This document shows, piece by piece, positions 1 through 7,292 of a DNA stretch of 64,000 nucleotides; the stretch's first letter is position 1; each line of letters opens with the position of its first letter. Position numbers and translations under genes: made by a program. The notes under the pieces were generated by a model. The model worked only from the letters and a program-made list of their open reading frames with translations, was not told where the DNA came from and made no database searches. Origin of the DNA: a virus; IMG/VR virus record IMGVR_UViG_3300045922_000709, positions 1 through 64,000 of that record; one strand, given 5' to 3'.

Positions 1-2
1 GT

Positions 3-44
3 GACAAAGAAGCAGGCATTGTCTGCTTCGAGTATACTCGATAA
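3..44 (+). CDS. 3' end of a small ORF truncated by the window edge (..DKEAGIVCFEYTR*)
   Basis: Open frame ending in TAA at 42-44 and followed by the same pseudoknot motif that follows other early genes. Confidence 0.3.
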   Translation, partial: DKEAGIVCFEYTR

Positions 45-65
45 GCGGAAGCGAGAAACCCCGAA

Positions 66-91
66 CGACCTCGACAAGTCGCAAAACTGTC
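66..91 (+). ncRNA. Small H-type pseudoknot motif A, copy 1
   Basis: CGAC-CT-CGACA-A-GTCG-CAAAAC-TGTC; S1 = CGAC/GTCG, S2 = GACA/TGTC. Confidence 0.6.
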
Positions 92-100
92 CACTTGATT

Positions 101-127
101 ACCTTGCCGGTAGGGTGGTTAAACCGG
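101..127 (+). ncRNA. Small H-type pseudoknot motif B, copy 1
   Basis: ACCTT-G-CCGGT-AGGGT-GGTTAA-ACCGG; S1 = ACCTT/AGGGT, S2 = CCGGT/ACCGG. Confidence 0.45.
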
Positions 128-143
128 AAAATATATAACTTAA

Positions 144-168
144 ACCTTGCGGTGAACAGGTCAACCGC
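144..168 (+). ncRNA. Small H-type pseudoknot motif B, copy 2
   Basis: ACCT-T-GCGGT-GAAC-AGGT-CA-ACCGC; S1 = ACCT/AGGT, S2 = GCGGT/ACCGC; ends 8 nt before ATG 177. Confidence 0.5.
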
Positions 169-176
169 TATATATT

Positions 177-377
177 ATGATTCAGAAATATTCTTCTGAG
201 CTCGATATCTCGAAAGATGTCGAGCTCTGCACAGGCGATGAAAAAGCAATCATCGCCTACTTACGTAAAATGGGGTATGAAAACCCCAGATTGATTTTCA
301 TTTGCGCCGAAATGGCGCATTTTGTCCACGGCCCGATACAGCTCGAGCCGTGCGACATTCCGGAAATCATATTTTAA
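177..377 (+). CDS. Hypothetical early protein (paralog of 487-690)
   Basis: DEKAIIAYLRKMGYENPRLI aligns with DEKLVKFLINLGYKEPKII. Confidence 0.75.
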   Translation: MIQKYSSELDISKDVELCTGDEKAIIAYLRKMGYENPRLIFICAEMAHFVHGPIQLEPCDIPEIIF

Positions 378-383
378 TTGCTT

Positions 384-410
384 CGACCTGAGCATGTCGT
401 TAAACTGCTC
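384..410 (+). ncRNA. Small H-type pseudoknot motif A, copy 2
   Basis: CGAC-CT-GAGCA-T-GTCG-TTAAAC-TGCTC; 6 nt after stop codon. Confidence 0.65.
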
Positions 411-486
411 ATTTTACAAAAACAAGTTACTGTCGAACGCGAAAGCGTTTATAAACCTTTTCTGTTAATGGTCAAACAGAACGCTA

Positions 487-690
487 ATGTTATTCAAAGA
501 ATATGTTAGCTCAATCAGTGTTTTAGGCACTGATTTTGAAAATATCGACGATGAAAAACTAGTCAAATTTTTGATAAATTTGGGTTATAAAGAACCTAAA
601 ATTATCAAAAAAGCCAAAAAAACCGTGAAATTTGAACACGGTAGGTTAATGATACCAGGAATGGTAATCAATAAACCTGAAAAACTGTAA
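487..690 (+). CDS. Hypothetical early protein (paralog of 177-377)
   Basis: ORF track; similarity to 177-377. Confidence 0.75.
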   Translation: MLFKEYVSSISVLGTDFENIDDEKLVKFLINLGYKEPKIIKKAKKTVKFEHGRLMIPGMVINKPEKL

Positions 691-717
691 TGTCGAACGC
701 TTTTTAATTTTTTAAAA

Positions 718-1536
718 ATGATTGTCAACGAAACCATCAACAGCATGCTCACTGAAGAAGAGTATGTTTATTCTCCTGTACTCCGAGAGTACATCGAGAT
801 ATTGTCTGTCGAAGACGAGCACGGCGCGCACGTAGCTCGTGACCAGTTTGGAATGTTCCATGTCGATTCTAAGTACAATCCGCTGTATGTTCAGCGGTTT
901 GACAAAGTCGGCTGCTTTAATTCGACTGCAACAACTGTAGCCGAATTAAATGGAGAGCAATTCCATATTAATTTTCAAGGCGAAGCCCTTTATAGCAAAC
1001 GATTTTGGTTTGCCGAACCATTTGAGTTTGGCGTTGCAATTGTTATTCAAGATGGTAAATACTTCTTGATTAACATGGACGCGGAGCGTGTGTCAATCGA
1101 TTTTGAAAAAATCGATAAATTCAACTCGATTGGAATTGCTGTTGCCCAATACGATGGTAAACAATTTCACATCGACACAAACGGAAATCCAATTTATGAT
1201 TTTCGTTTTGACAAAGTTGATCGTTTCAACGAAAGTGGAACGGCTGTTGCAACGTTAAATGGAAAACAATTCCATATAAACTTTTTTGGTAAAGCAATTT
1301 ACCAAGAAAGGTTCGACAAAGCTCGTCCATTTGTCAATGGATTTGCAGTTGTTGATGTAAATGGAGAAAGATTCCATATCGACTTTTCGGGTAAAGCAAT
1401 TTACTCGAAAAAATTCGATTATGTGTCAGATTTCAACCCATCAAACTCAAAATTCCCATTTTTTAACGCTTATGCGAAAAAAAATGAGGAATGTTTCTTC
1501 ATTAACCCACAAGGTGAAGAGTTTGACATTTGTTAA
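718..1536 (+). CDS. WG-repeat (WG_beta_rep/KWG-like) protein, type A
   Basis: About six ~37-aa repeats: FHIxxxGxxIYxxRFDxVxxFxxGxAVV. Confidence 0.85.
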   Translation: MIVNETINSMLTEEEYVYSPVLREYIEILSVEDEHGAHVARDQFGMFHVDSKYNPLYVQRFDKVGCFNSTATTVAELNGEQFHINFQGEALYSKRFWFAEPFEFGVAIVIQDGKYFLINMDAERVSIDFEKIDKFNSIGIAVAQYDGKQFHIDTNGNPIYDFRFDKVDRFNESGTAVATLNGKQFHINFFGKAIYQERFDKARPFVNGFAVVDVNGERFHIDFSGKAIYSKKFDYVSDFNPSNSKFPFFNAYAKKNEECFFINPQGEEFDIC

Positions 1537-1541
1537 ATAAT

Positions 1542-1568
1542 CGACCTAGGCACGTCGTTAAAAGGCCC
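1542..1568 (+). ncRNA. Small H-type pseudoknot motif A, copy 3
   Basis: CGAC-CT-AGGCA-C-GTCG-TTAAAA-GGCCC; 5 nt after stop 1536 and 7 nt before ATG 1576. Confidence 0.55.
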
Positions 1569-1575
1569 AATTTTT

Positions 1576-1746
1576 ATGGAAGAGGAAATTATCGATAAAC
1601 TTTTGCTTAATATTAAGCTTAATTCAAAATTGACTAAACTTCTTACACCACAAGAAGTTTACGAATTTGAAAAAATGCTTAAAAGCAAAACGCTGACTTT
1701 CCAAAATTCAATTTTGGAAAAGTTTATTGTCGAACGCGAAAATTAA
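1576..1746 (+). CDS. Hypothetical protein, 56 aa (MEEEIIDKLL...FIVEREN), absent from ORF track
   Basis: Translated by hand; fills the intergenic gap. Confidence 0.65.
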   Translation: MEEEIIDKLLLNIKLNSKLTKLLTPQEVYEFEKMLKSKTLTFQNSILEKFIVEREN

Positions 1747-1780
1747 TTTTAACTTTTAACTTTTAACTTTTAACTTTTAA
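1747..1780. repeat. Tandem TTTTAAC heptamer, about 4.5 copies
   Basis: Seen directly upstream of ATG 1783. Confidence 0.7.
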
Positions 1781-1782
1781 TT

Positions 1783-1956
1783 ATGTCGGATAAAGTGATT
1801 GAAGGTTTTGAAAAATCTTTAGCAGCTTTGGATAGGTTTAAAACAATTGTACCTGTTAATCTGCAAAAAGAAATTCAAATGAAGGTTGTGCAAAAAGCTT
1901 TCGACTTAAAAATAAATCTTTTGTCAAGATATATTGAAAGTCGAGAAAAAAATTAA
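1783..1956 (+). CDS. Hypothetical protein, 57 aa (MSDKVIEGFE...YIESREKN), absent from ORF track
   Basis: Translated by hand; T-rich leader. Confidence 0.65.
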   Translation: MSDKVIEGFEKSLAALDRFKTIVPVNLQKEIQMKVVQKAFDLKINLLSRYIESREKN

Positions 1957-2011
1957 TTTTTCTTTTTCTTTTCTTTTTTCTTTTCTTTTTTCATTTTTCA
2001 TTTTTAAAACC

Positions 2012-2191
2012 ATGTATTGTAATAATAAAACGCATGAACAACAGTTCATTGATATTTGTCAAAAGCTCGAAACTCTTTTTAATTTTGAAGAGCTTGACGA
2101 AATAATGAACGAAGTCGACGTTAAATATTTCAATTTCTTTATTGAAGAACTCACTAAAGAAACGGAACCTTATAAATTACACGAAAACTAA
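2012..2191 (+). CDS. Hypothetical acidic protein (start moved to ATG 2012)
   Basis: The track's 5' extension overlaps the upstream ORF and runs through a pyrimidine-rich spacer. Confidence 0.6.
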   Translation: MYCNNKTHEQQFIDICQKLETLFNFEELDEIMNEVDVKYFNFFIEELTKETEPYKLHEN

Positions 2192-2202
2192 ACCAACCTT
2201 AA

Positions 2203-2268
2203 GCCGAAACAAGAGATTTTATCTCTTGTCTATTCAGAGTAGTGTCTGAATACTGACGATGGCAGCTA
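2203..2268 (+). ncRNA. Type II hammerhead ribozyme; predicted cleavage after GUC (C2230)
   Basis: GCC-GAAA-[CAAGAGAT ttt ATCTCTTG]-TC-[TATTCAGA gtagtg TCTGAATA]-CTGACGA-T-GGC: full core (GAAA, GUC, CUGANGA) with perfect stems III and I. Confidence 0.9.
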
Positions 2269-2290
2269 AATGATTTGGAATAATAGTTAG

Positions 2291-2318
2291 TGGGGTGGCT
2301 TATAGCCACCTCATTTTT
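2291..2318 (+). terminator. Intrinsic terminator
   Basis: TGGGGTGGCT-TAT-AGCCACCTCA followed by a T-run. Confidence 0.75.
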
Positions 2319-2388
2319 ATTTTTCAACTTAATTTATTTTTATATTTTTTTCTAAAATTTAAAATTTTAACGTTATTTTGAATAATTT

Positions 2389-2652
2389 ATGAAAAAATAC
2401 ATGAAAAGGTCTCAATTTCTAAAAGAATTATCGGATTGGGGTCATGTAATTCAAGTTTCTGTTTTATTTGAAGACAAAAATAATGTCGAACGCGAAAAAA
2501 TAATATGGTGTGATGGTTGGGGTTATTTTCGTAAAGATATTATTGCTGGCCCTACTATTCCAATTAGAGTATGGAGATTAGCTAAAACCTACGGATATAA
2601 AATTTGTATTAAAAGTTCTTATTTAAATAGAAACGAAATTTATTACATTTAA
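2389..2652 (+). CDS. Hypothetical protein
   Basis: ORF track; AT-rich leader. Confidence 0.65.
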   Translation: MKKYMKRSQFLKELSDWGHVIQVSVLFEDKNNVEREKIIWCDGWGYFRKDIIAGPTIPIRVWRLAKTYGYKICIKSSYLNRNEIYYI

Positions 2653-2662
2653 TTGTTTTTTT

Positions 2663-2872
2663 ATGAAAAAGAAAAACTTTTTGAAACGTTTGTCTAAAAA
2701 CAAATATTCAAAATATCCAACAGCTTTGCAATTTACTGTCGATTGCTGTTCATATTTGAATATTAAAGACATTGAAATGAAAAAAGCAATTTACACCGAA
2801 TGTGTAAAGCAACAAAAAAACTATGAAAAAGTATATTGTGATTTGGATAATTATTATTCGGACATGGTATGA
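2663..2872 (+). CDS. Hypothetical protein
   Basis: ORF track; ATGA overlap with next gene. Confidence 0.65.
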   Translation: MKKKNFLKRLSKNKYSKYPTALQFTVDCCSYLNIKDIEMKKAIYTECVKQQKNYEKVYCDLDNYYSDMV

Positions 2873-3165
2873 GTGGTATTAAAGTAGGTTCAAAAGTCGT
2901 TTGTATAAACGACAAAATAACTAATCCTTTAGTGTATGTGGACTTTAAACATTGGATTGTCGAAGGCAAAACATACACAGTTAGAGCTATTTGCAATTCT
3001 GTTTATGGTTCTAAAGGTGTTTTACTTGAAGAAATTGTAAACCCTGACATCTATGTTTCCATTTTACATGGATATATAGAGCCTGCATTTTTAATTAGTA
3101 GATTTGCACCAATTGAACCTGAAAAAGAACTTGAAACAGAAGTTCTTGAAAAAGTTTTAGTTTAA
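2869..3165 (+). CDS. Hypothetical protein, possibly SH3-like beta-barrel
   Basis: IKVGSKVVCIND...GKTYTV...GVLLEEI...SRF pattern. Confidence 0.7.
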   Translation: MSGIKVGSKVVCINDKITNPLVYVDFKHWIVEGKTYTVRAICNSVYGSKGVLLEEIVNPDIYVSILHGYIEPAFLISRFAPIEPEKELETEVLEKVLV

Positions 3166-3197
3166 TTTTTTTTTTTTTGTAAACTTTTTTCTTTAAT

Positions 3198-3416
3198 ATG
3201 GAAAGTTCCCTTCTTTTCTCTTTTGTTCCGCATGAAGCACTTTTTGCTTCTGCAAATAAAATAAAAGCTACCATAATTCAGGGTAGATTTTATTTAAGAA
3301 ACGAAAATCCTGTCGAAGGCTATTGTTTGAATGTTGAAAAACCTTTTGAAGAAAGGCTTTATTTTGAAACATACGACAATGCCAAAAAATATTTATCGTA
3401 CATGCTTGAGCAATAA
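3198..3416 (+). CDS. Hypothetical protein, tandem paralog 1
   Basis: Highly similar to 3477-3695 over 72 aa. Confidence 0.8.
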   Translation: MESSLLFSFVPHEALFASANKIKATIIQGRFYLRNENPVEGYCLNVEKPFEERLYFETYDNAKKYLSYMLEQ

Positions 3417-3476
3417 AATCAAAAAAATTGCTCTTAAATTTTGTTTTTTCTTTTACAACTCTTAATTTTGCTAAAA

Positions 3477-3695
3477 ATGGAAAGCAACCTTCTTTTGTCT
3501 TTTGCTCCGCACAAAGTTGTTTTTGGTTGTGCAAAAAAAGTAGAGGCTACCATATTTGAAGGTAGAATCTATATAAAAAACCAAAATCCTACAGAAGGCT
3601 ATTGTTTAAGTGTGCATAAGCCTTTTAGAGAAAAACTCTATTTTAACACTTACAAAAGTGCCAAAAAACACTTAGAACAAATGCTTGAGCAATAA
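3477..3695 (+). CDS. Hypothetical protein, tandem paralog 2 (start moved to ATG 3477)
   Basis: MESNLLLSFAPH vs MESSLLFSFVPH; both end MLEQ*. Confidence 0.8.
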   Translation: MESNLLLSFAPHKVVFGCAKKVEATIFEGRIYIKNQNPTEGYCLSVHKPFREKLYFNTYKSAKKHLEQMLEQ

Positions 3696-3749
3696 AATTA
3701 AAATTACAGCAGTGGCCACCCTTTTATCCCACGTAAGACTGTAATTTTC

Positions 3750-3834
3750 GCTTTGGTGGTGGAATGGTAGACACGACAGACTTAAAATCTGTTTCTCTGT
3801 AAAGAGAGTGCGGGTTCGACTCCCGCCCAAAGTA
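3750..3834 (+). tRNA. tRNA-Leu (anticodon TAA)
   Basis: Acceptor GCTTTGG/CCAAAGT, anticodon arm ACAGA-CTTAAAA-TCTGT, long variable arm, T arm GCGGG-TTCGACT-CCCGC; CCA not encoded. Confidence 0.92.
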
Positions 3835-3837
3835 CTT

Positions 3838-4027
3838 AATTTAAAATTAGTTATCGTCCTTGAAAAGAGCTGAGTAATCAGCCCTTTTGTTTCTAATTTT
3901 GTCAAAATTTAAAATTACGATGGCGATTGGAAAGGGTCGAGTAATCGGCCCTTTTGTTTTTCGTCTTCTCAAAATTTAAAATTAGTTAGCGTCCTTGGAG
4001 AGGGTCGAGCAATCGACCTTTTTTTTT
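3838..4027 (+). terminator. Three tandem ~65-70 bp units, each ending in a GNRA-capped terminator-like hairpin
   Basis: AAGAGCTGA-GTAA-TCAGCCCTTTT; AAGGGTCGA-GTAA-TCGGCCCTTTT; GAGGGTCGA-GCAA-TCGACCTTTTT; each unit starts AATTTAAAATTA. Confidence 0.7.
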
Positions 4028-4036
4028 AAGGTTTAT

Positions 4037-4110
4037 TGAAGAATAGCTCAATTGGATAGAGCATCGGTCTTCTAAACCGACGGTTATGGGTTCGAGTCCC
4101 ATTTCTTCAA
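4037..4110 (+). tRNA. tRNA-Arg (anticodon TCT)
   Basis: Acceptor TGAAGAA/TTCTTCA, anticodon arm TCGGT-CTTCTAA-ACCGA, T arm ATGGG-TTCGAGT-CCCAT. Confidence 0.92.
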
Positions 4111-4132
4111 CTTTTAATTTAACTTTATTTTT

Positions 4133-4711
4133 ATGAGAAATTATTTAGAACGCTTATTTTCAAATACAATTTCTTATTTAATCTTGTTTGCTATGTTTAT
4201 TGTAAATAACCTATTAAAAAATTTAGTTTTGTTTTTTATATCGATTATTATTTTATTGAAAGTTTTTTCAATAAAAAAAACAATAAATGATATAGAAAAT
4301 AAAATTAAAAAAGACACAGTGTACGTCCGAACGCCAGAATATTCTTATGTGAGTTTTGAATACATAGAATATGAAGGAATTAAACAGGGTTTACCCGATA
4401 GTGTAGCTAATTTATTAGCCAGAATAGCTGTACAAGAATCAGGCTATGCGCTTAATTCAAATGTTGCTAAAAAATATAATAATTATTTTGGAGCGCATTT
4501 AAATAAAATTTGCAATGATAATCCTAATAAATTGTGTTTTGCAAAATATGATAATTGTAAAGAAGCAATTAAAGCGTGGGTTAAATTTTATGATTCTGAT
4601 CCTATTTGCGGAAATGAAACTTTAAAAGAATGGTTAATTAGAAGGCGATATAATTTAACACCAGGTTATTATGAAAAACTTAAAAAAGTTTATGTAAAAC
4701 CGTTAAATTAA
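4133..4711 (+). CDS. Membrane-anchored glucosaminidase (GH73-like) peptidoglycan hydrolase
   Basis: Hydrophobic N-terminus; AVQESGY, NNYFG and FAKY motifs. Confidence 0.75.
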   Translation: MRNYLERLFSNTISYLILFAMFIVNNLLKNLVLFFISIIILLKVFSIKKTINDIENKIKKDTVYVRTPEYSYVSFEYIEYEGIKQGLPDSVANLLARIAVQESGYALNSNVAKKYNNYFGAHLNKICNDNPNKLCFAKYDNCKEAIKAWVKFYDSDPICGNETLKEWLIRRRYNLTPGYYEKLKKVYVKPLN

Positions 4712-4825
4712 ACTTTTGCATGAATCGCTATTTTTATGTTTCATCTAAATGCGAAAAAGTTAAATCTACCAATAAACATTTAAAGTTATTTAATTATTTA
4801 TTTAATTGTTTAATTTAAATTATTT

Positions 4826-5413
4826 ATGATTGCTTTTGTAGATCATTCAAAAGATACCTATTCTAAAATCAAAAAACTGTTAGAAGAAACAGATGAAGAT
4901 TTTATTTGTTTAGGTAATTATCGCATGGAAAATGTTTTAAAATATATAAATTTATGTAAAAAATATAAAGACAGGCTTATTTTGTTGTCGAGAGAATATT
5001 ATAATTTTTTAGAAATTAGGCCTTATAAAAACAGTAAAATGTTGTGTAAACAATATTTTAAACGTTGTTATTTTGACCAAAAAACAAATATTTTATTTAC
5101 AGAAAGCATTATTTTTAGAAGAAGACTTAAAGTTGTATGTAAACATAGTCCTTATTTTTTAAGCTTAAATAATCATCAGCAAGAAAATATATTAGATTTT
5201 AATATAGAATCTGATGGTCAAATTATAGCTAATGTTATAAATGATTCGGAATTTGATTTTAATGAATTAAACAATAGTTTTTTAGACTATCGAAATGAAG
5301 AATACTTTCAAAAAAAAGGTATTCAAGTTTCTAAGTACAGTTATTGCGATGTAACATTCGATTATTCTTCCGATTGCAGTTTGGTTTTAGTTTCAAAATC
5401 TAAACACTTTTAA
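4826..5413 (+). CDS. Hypothetical protein; possibly a degenerate calcineurin-like phosphoesterase
   Basis: FVDH / CLGNY / LLSREY fall at the spacing of DxH / GDxxD / GNH[DE] but metal ligands are lost. Confidence 0.5.
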   Translation: MIAFVDHSKDTYSKIKKLLEETDEDFICLGNYRMENVLKYINLCKKYKDRLILLSREYYNFLEIRPYKNSKMLCKQYFKRCYFDQKTNILFTESIIFRRRLKVVCKHSPYFLSLNNHQQENILDFNIESDGQIIANVINDSEFDFNELNNSFLDYRNEEYFQKKGIQVSKYSYCDVTFDYSSDCSLVLVSKSKHF

Positions 5414-5452
5414 TTTTTCACTTTTAATTTTTTCATTTTTAATTTTTTTCTT

Positions 5453-6004
5453 ATGTCTGGTTTTAATTTCTCGAATCTGGGTTCTTCTGCACCAAGAATG
5501 GACATGAACCCTTTGCAAATTCAGTTCAAAAATGGTTCTGAATTTATCCGTTTTCAATTTTTGTCTCCTGACAATAAATTGATAAATTTTATTCGTCCAA
5601 TGAGCTTCATTAGCTCTTTGAGATTAAGCGCACCTGATTCCATGCAACATCTAAGCGATTTGGATTTTATCCATGCGTTTAATGATAATTGGAATAGCTA
5701 CAAAGAAGTGAGAAATGCTTTTAAAGAAATCATGTCTTACTTCAAAGTTTGTACCTATGTTAATACAAAAGGTCAACCTACTGAAAAATGGATTGCTGAA
5801 TTTAATTCAACAATTCAAGAAATGGGAGAATCTTTTTGGACAAGTTATTTGCCTGAAAGATTTGAAAAAGAAATCAAAAGCTTAGGTGTTTCTTTTAAAA
5901 TCATCGAAGTTTTTGAACCAATTATGAATACTGTCGAAAGCACAATTGAAAAACAAATCGTTATTTCACATAACGCTTTTGATTCTAATGAAAAAGATGC
6001 TTAA
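5453..6004 (+). CDS. Hypothetical protein
   Basis: ORF track. Confidence 0.8.
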   Translation: MSGFNFSNLGSSAPRMDMNPLQIQFKNGSEFIRFQFLSPDNKLINFIRPMSFISSLRLSAPDSMQHLSDLDFIHAFNDNWNSYKEVRNAFKEIMSYFKVCTYVNTKGQPTEKWIAEFNSTIQEMGESFWTSYLPERFEKEIKSLGVSFKIIEVFEPIMNTVESTIEKQIVISHNAFDSNEKDA

Positions 6005-6230
6005 AAAATTGCGCAATGATTATAACTCCGTCGGATTATTCGACGGAGTTATAAATGTTGATGGAAAAGAGTTGATTTTTAGAATGAAAGCTCAAAATGA
6101 AGAGTCTGCTAAAAATAAACTCATTAGTATTTACAAAAACACGGTTGAGCAAAACGCAAATTCTATAATTAAAATAGATTTGCGTCGAATTAAAAAACTT
6201 GACAAGAAATTTATCAAGTTTTGTGTTTAA
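5997..6230 (+). CDS. Hypothetical protein (start probably ATG 5997 or 5988)
   Basis: ORF track; short overlap with upstream stop. Confidence 0.6.
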   Translation: MLKKLRNDYNSVGLFDGVINVDGKELIFRMKAQNEESAKNKLISIYKNTVEQNANSIIKIDLRRIKKLDKKFIKFCV

Positions 6231-6293
6231 ATGAACAAACAAACAAACAAACTTTTTATTTTTCTTTTGTTTTAAACTTTAATTTTACATAAA

Positions 6294-6899
6294 ATGTCTT
6301 TTGTTTTTGTTAAAACCAACGATGAAAAAATTAATATTGACGAATCGTTGGTTAAAGATTTCAGTATTGCTTTAGGTGTTGTAAGTCAATACAGAGTCGA
6401 AGGTTCTTATCCTAAAAACATCGGTGGAAGTCCTCAGCTTCTTGTTAAATTTCCTGTAAACTTTGAGTCTCTTCAAGAAATGATACTGTATTATATTCAA
6501 GTAATTGAATCTAATACTTTAAGATTAAAGAAAAGACTTGCAAAATATCGTTCTGAATTTAAAAAAGAGAACGAAAACATTAAACCTTTTAAGTCAAGAA
6601 CTACAATTCTTGACGAATTTAACAACACAAAAGATGTTTTGATTAAAAATAATCAAAACATCAACTTAAAAAACGAAACAGAATATTCGTTGTGGTTGCA
6701 CAATTCAATTTTAACTGAAAATGCTTCAGAAAACGAAAATTTTGTGAAAAATAATTTAGGGTTTCACATAAACACAAACATTGGTTTTTCTTTTATGATT
6801 AACAAAGAACATTACAATGTTTTTTCAGTTAGTAAGCAAACAATAAACGGTAAATCTGTTTATTATTTGTACGAAAAAACTCTTTTCAAAAAACTTTAA
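6294..6899 (+). CDS. Hypothetical protein
   Basis: ORF track. Confidence 0.75.
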   Translation: MSFVFVKTNDEKINIDESLVKDFSIALGVVSQYRVEGSYPKNIGGSPQLLVKFPVNFESLQEMILYYIQVIESNTLRLKKRLAKYRSEFKKENENIKPFKSRTTILDEFNNTKDVLIKNNQNINLKNETEYSLWLHNSILTENASENENFVKNNLGFHINTNIGFSFMINKEHYNVFSVSKQTINGKSVYYLYEKTLFKKL

Positions 6900-6926
6900 C
6901 GTTTCAAACTTTTTATTTTTTGTTTT

Positions 6927-7262
6927 ATGGTAAACAAAAGTTATTTTAAAACAAATTCAGAGTTGCCGAAATCTGAAGAAAAAGCTCAAAATTCAAATTG
7001 GGCAAACACTTTTGGTTTTGAAAAAGCTCTTGAATTGTTAAAAGAAGGGTCTAAAGTCACTCGTTTAGGTTGGGAAAACATAAGTCATATACAACTTATG
7101 CAAATGATAACCGACGACGAGTTTAAAACTACTAAACTCGAAATAGTTTCGAGAAACCTTAATTCTTCTATGTTTCATACATATTTCGTTTCTAACGTAG
7201 ATATATTGGCAACAGATTGGATTGAGGGAACTCGCACAAAATACGAGCAGTATGTTAGTTAA
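6927..7262 (+). CDS. DUF2829 / Tad2-like anti-defence nucleotide sponge
   Basis: FGFEKALELLKEGSKVTRLGW and SNVDILATDW match the family's N- and C-terminal signatures. Confidence 0.8.
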   Translation: MVNKSYFKTNSELPKSEEKAQNSNWANTFGFEKALELLKEGSKVTRLGWENISHIQLMQMITDDEFKTTKLEIVSRNLNSSMFHTYFVSNVDILATDWIEGTRTKYEQYVS

Positions 7263-7267
7263 TTAAC

Positions 7268-7292
7268 AAAAGGGGGAGAAATCCCCCTTTTT
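7268..7292 (+). terminator. Intrinsic terminator
   Basis: AAAGGGGGA-GAAA-TCCCCCTTTTT. Confidence 0.8.

Noticed and set aside
3838-4027. Mini CRISPR array
   Set aside because: The units are degenerate terminator-like hairpins without constant repeats or unique equal-length spacers, and there are no cas genes.
3835-4132. Theta (HDV-like) ribozymes after the tRNAs
   Set aside because: The sequence directly 3' of both tRNAs is A/T-rich and shows no HDV-like nested pseudoknot.
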